Positions 63,870 to 64,000 of a DNA stretch of 64,000 nucleotides are shown here, piece by piece; position 1 is the stretch's first letter, and every line of letters begins with the position of its first letter. A program made the translations under genes and the position numbers. The notes under the pieces were generated by a model. That model was not told the DNA's origin. It worked only from the letters and a program-made list of their open reading frames with translations, and made no database searches. Where the stretch lies: the NCBI GenBank assembly GCA_905479295.1, contig CAJQLY010000006.1, positions 5,372-69,371 of the forward strand. Direction: 5' to 3'. Source of the stretch: an uncultured Gammaproteobacteria bacterium. Lineage in GTDB: Bacteria; Pseudomonadota; Gammaproteobacteria; UBA4575.

Positions 63870-64000
63870 ATAGCCTCACAACAAACCACTGCAGTCCTCA
63901 ATAGCAATAGTGGCAAAACCACTCCAGCTAGGGTCATTCTGTTGTAAAAACACAACATATTGTTATGAGTATCCATCTCAGTCTCTATCTATTAATTTAA

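Overview
This window is a gene-dense (about 90% coding) stretch of core chromosome from a gammaproteobacterium, roughly 45% GC. Gene order resembles Pseudomonas, Oceanospirillales and Thiotrichales; I cannot name the species from sequence alone. I support about 65 protein genes, one tRNA, several hairpin terminators and two CIRCE (HrcA) operators.

Gene content, in order:
- gshA (partial), a small secreted-type protein, ampD, groESL, fxsA and cutA-dsbD
- aroQ-accBC-prmA, dusB-fis, and purH / AEC transporter / purD
- rho-trxA, cca, uppP, a folate block (pteridine reductase, folK, folB) and rpmBG
- a delta-9-type desaturase, an FkbO/Hyg5-like chorismatase, mutM, ggt, ferredoxin, coaD and rsmD
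- two M16 peptidases and ftsYEX-rpoH
- a complete 10 kb aa3-type cytochrome c oxidase structural and assembly cluster (cyoE, ctaA, SCO-like, SURF1, DUF2909-like, coxC, ctaG, a 36-codon ORF, coxA, coxB, DUF2244)
- bioHC, plsY, tsaD, rpsU-yqeY, hemE and mrcA
- aroK-aroB-dgt-AAA/SPOR protein, dnaG-rpoD-tRNA-Ile(CAU), a 2-Cys peroxiredoxin, metY and one hypothetical protein

I found no transposase, integrase, phage gene, CRISPR array, toxin-antitoxin pair or recognisable defence island. I therefore cannot point to a convincing multi-gene novel system here.

The observations most worth a second look are:
1. A perfect CIRCE operator in the rpoH leader, plus a near-perfect one on groESL. This suggests HrcA control of the sigma-32 gene.
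2. An orphan 380-aa protein with a type I secretion C-terminal target domain and a lectin-like core, wedged between ampD and gshA.
3. A stand-alone FkbO/Hyg5/XanB2-type chorismatase-like gene.
4. A mrcA|aroK junction with no pilMNOPQ/hofMNOPQ operon. The aroKB operon is extended by dgt and an AAA-ATPase/TM/SPOR protein, and the whole block is nested inside the rpsU...dnaG-rpoD neighbourhood.
5. An unannotated 36-codon membrane ORF translationally coupled to ctaG.
6. A structured metY leader with mutually exclusive pairings.

All functional calls rest on motif-level recognition of the translated ORFs and on conserved synteny. No database search was run.
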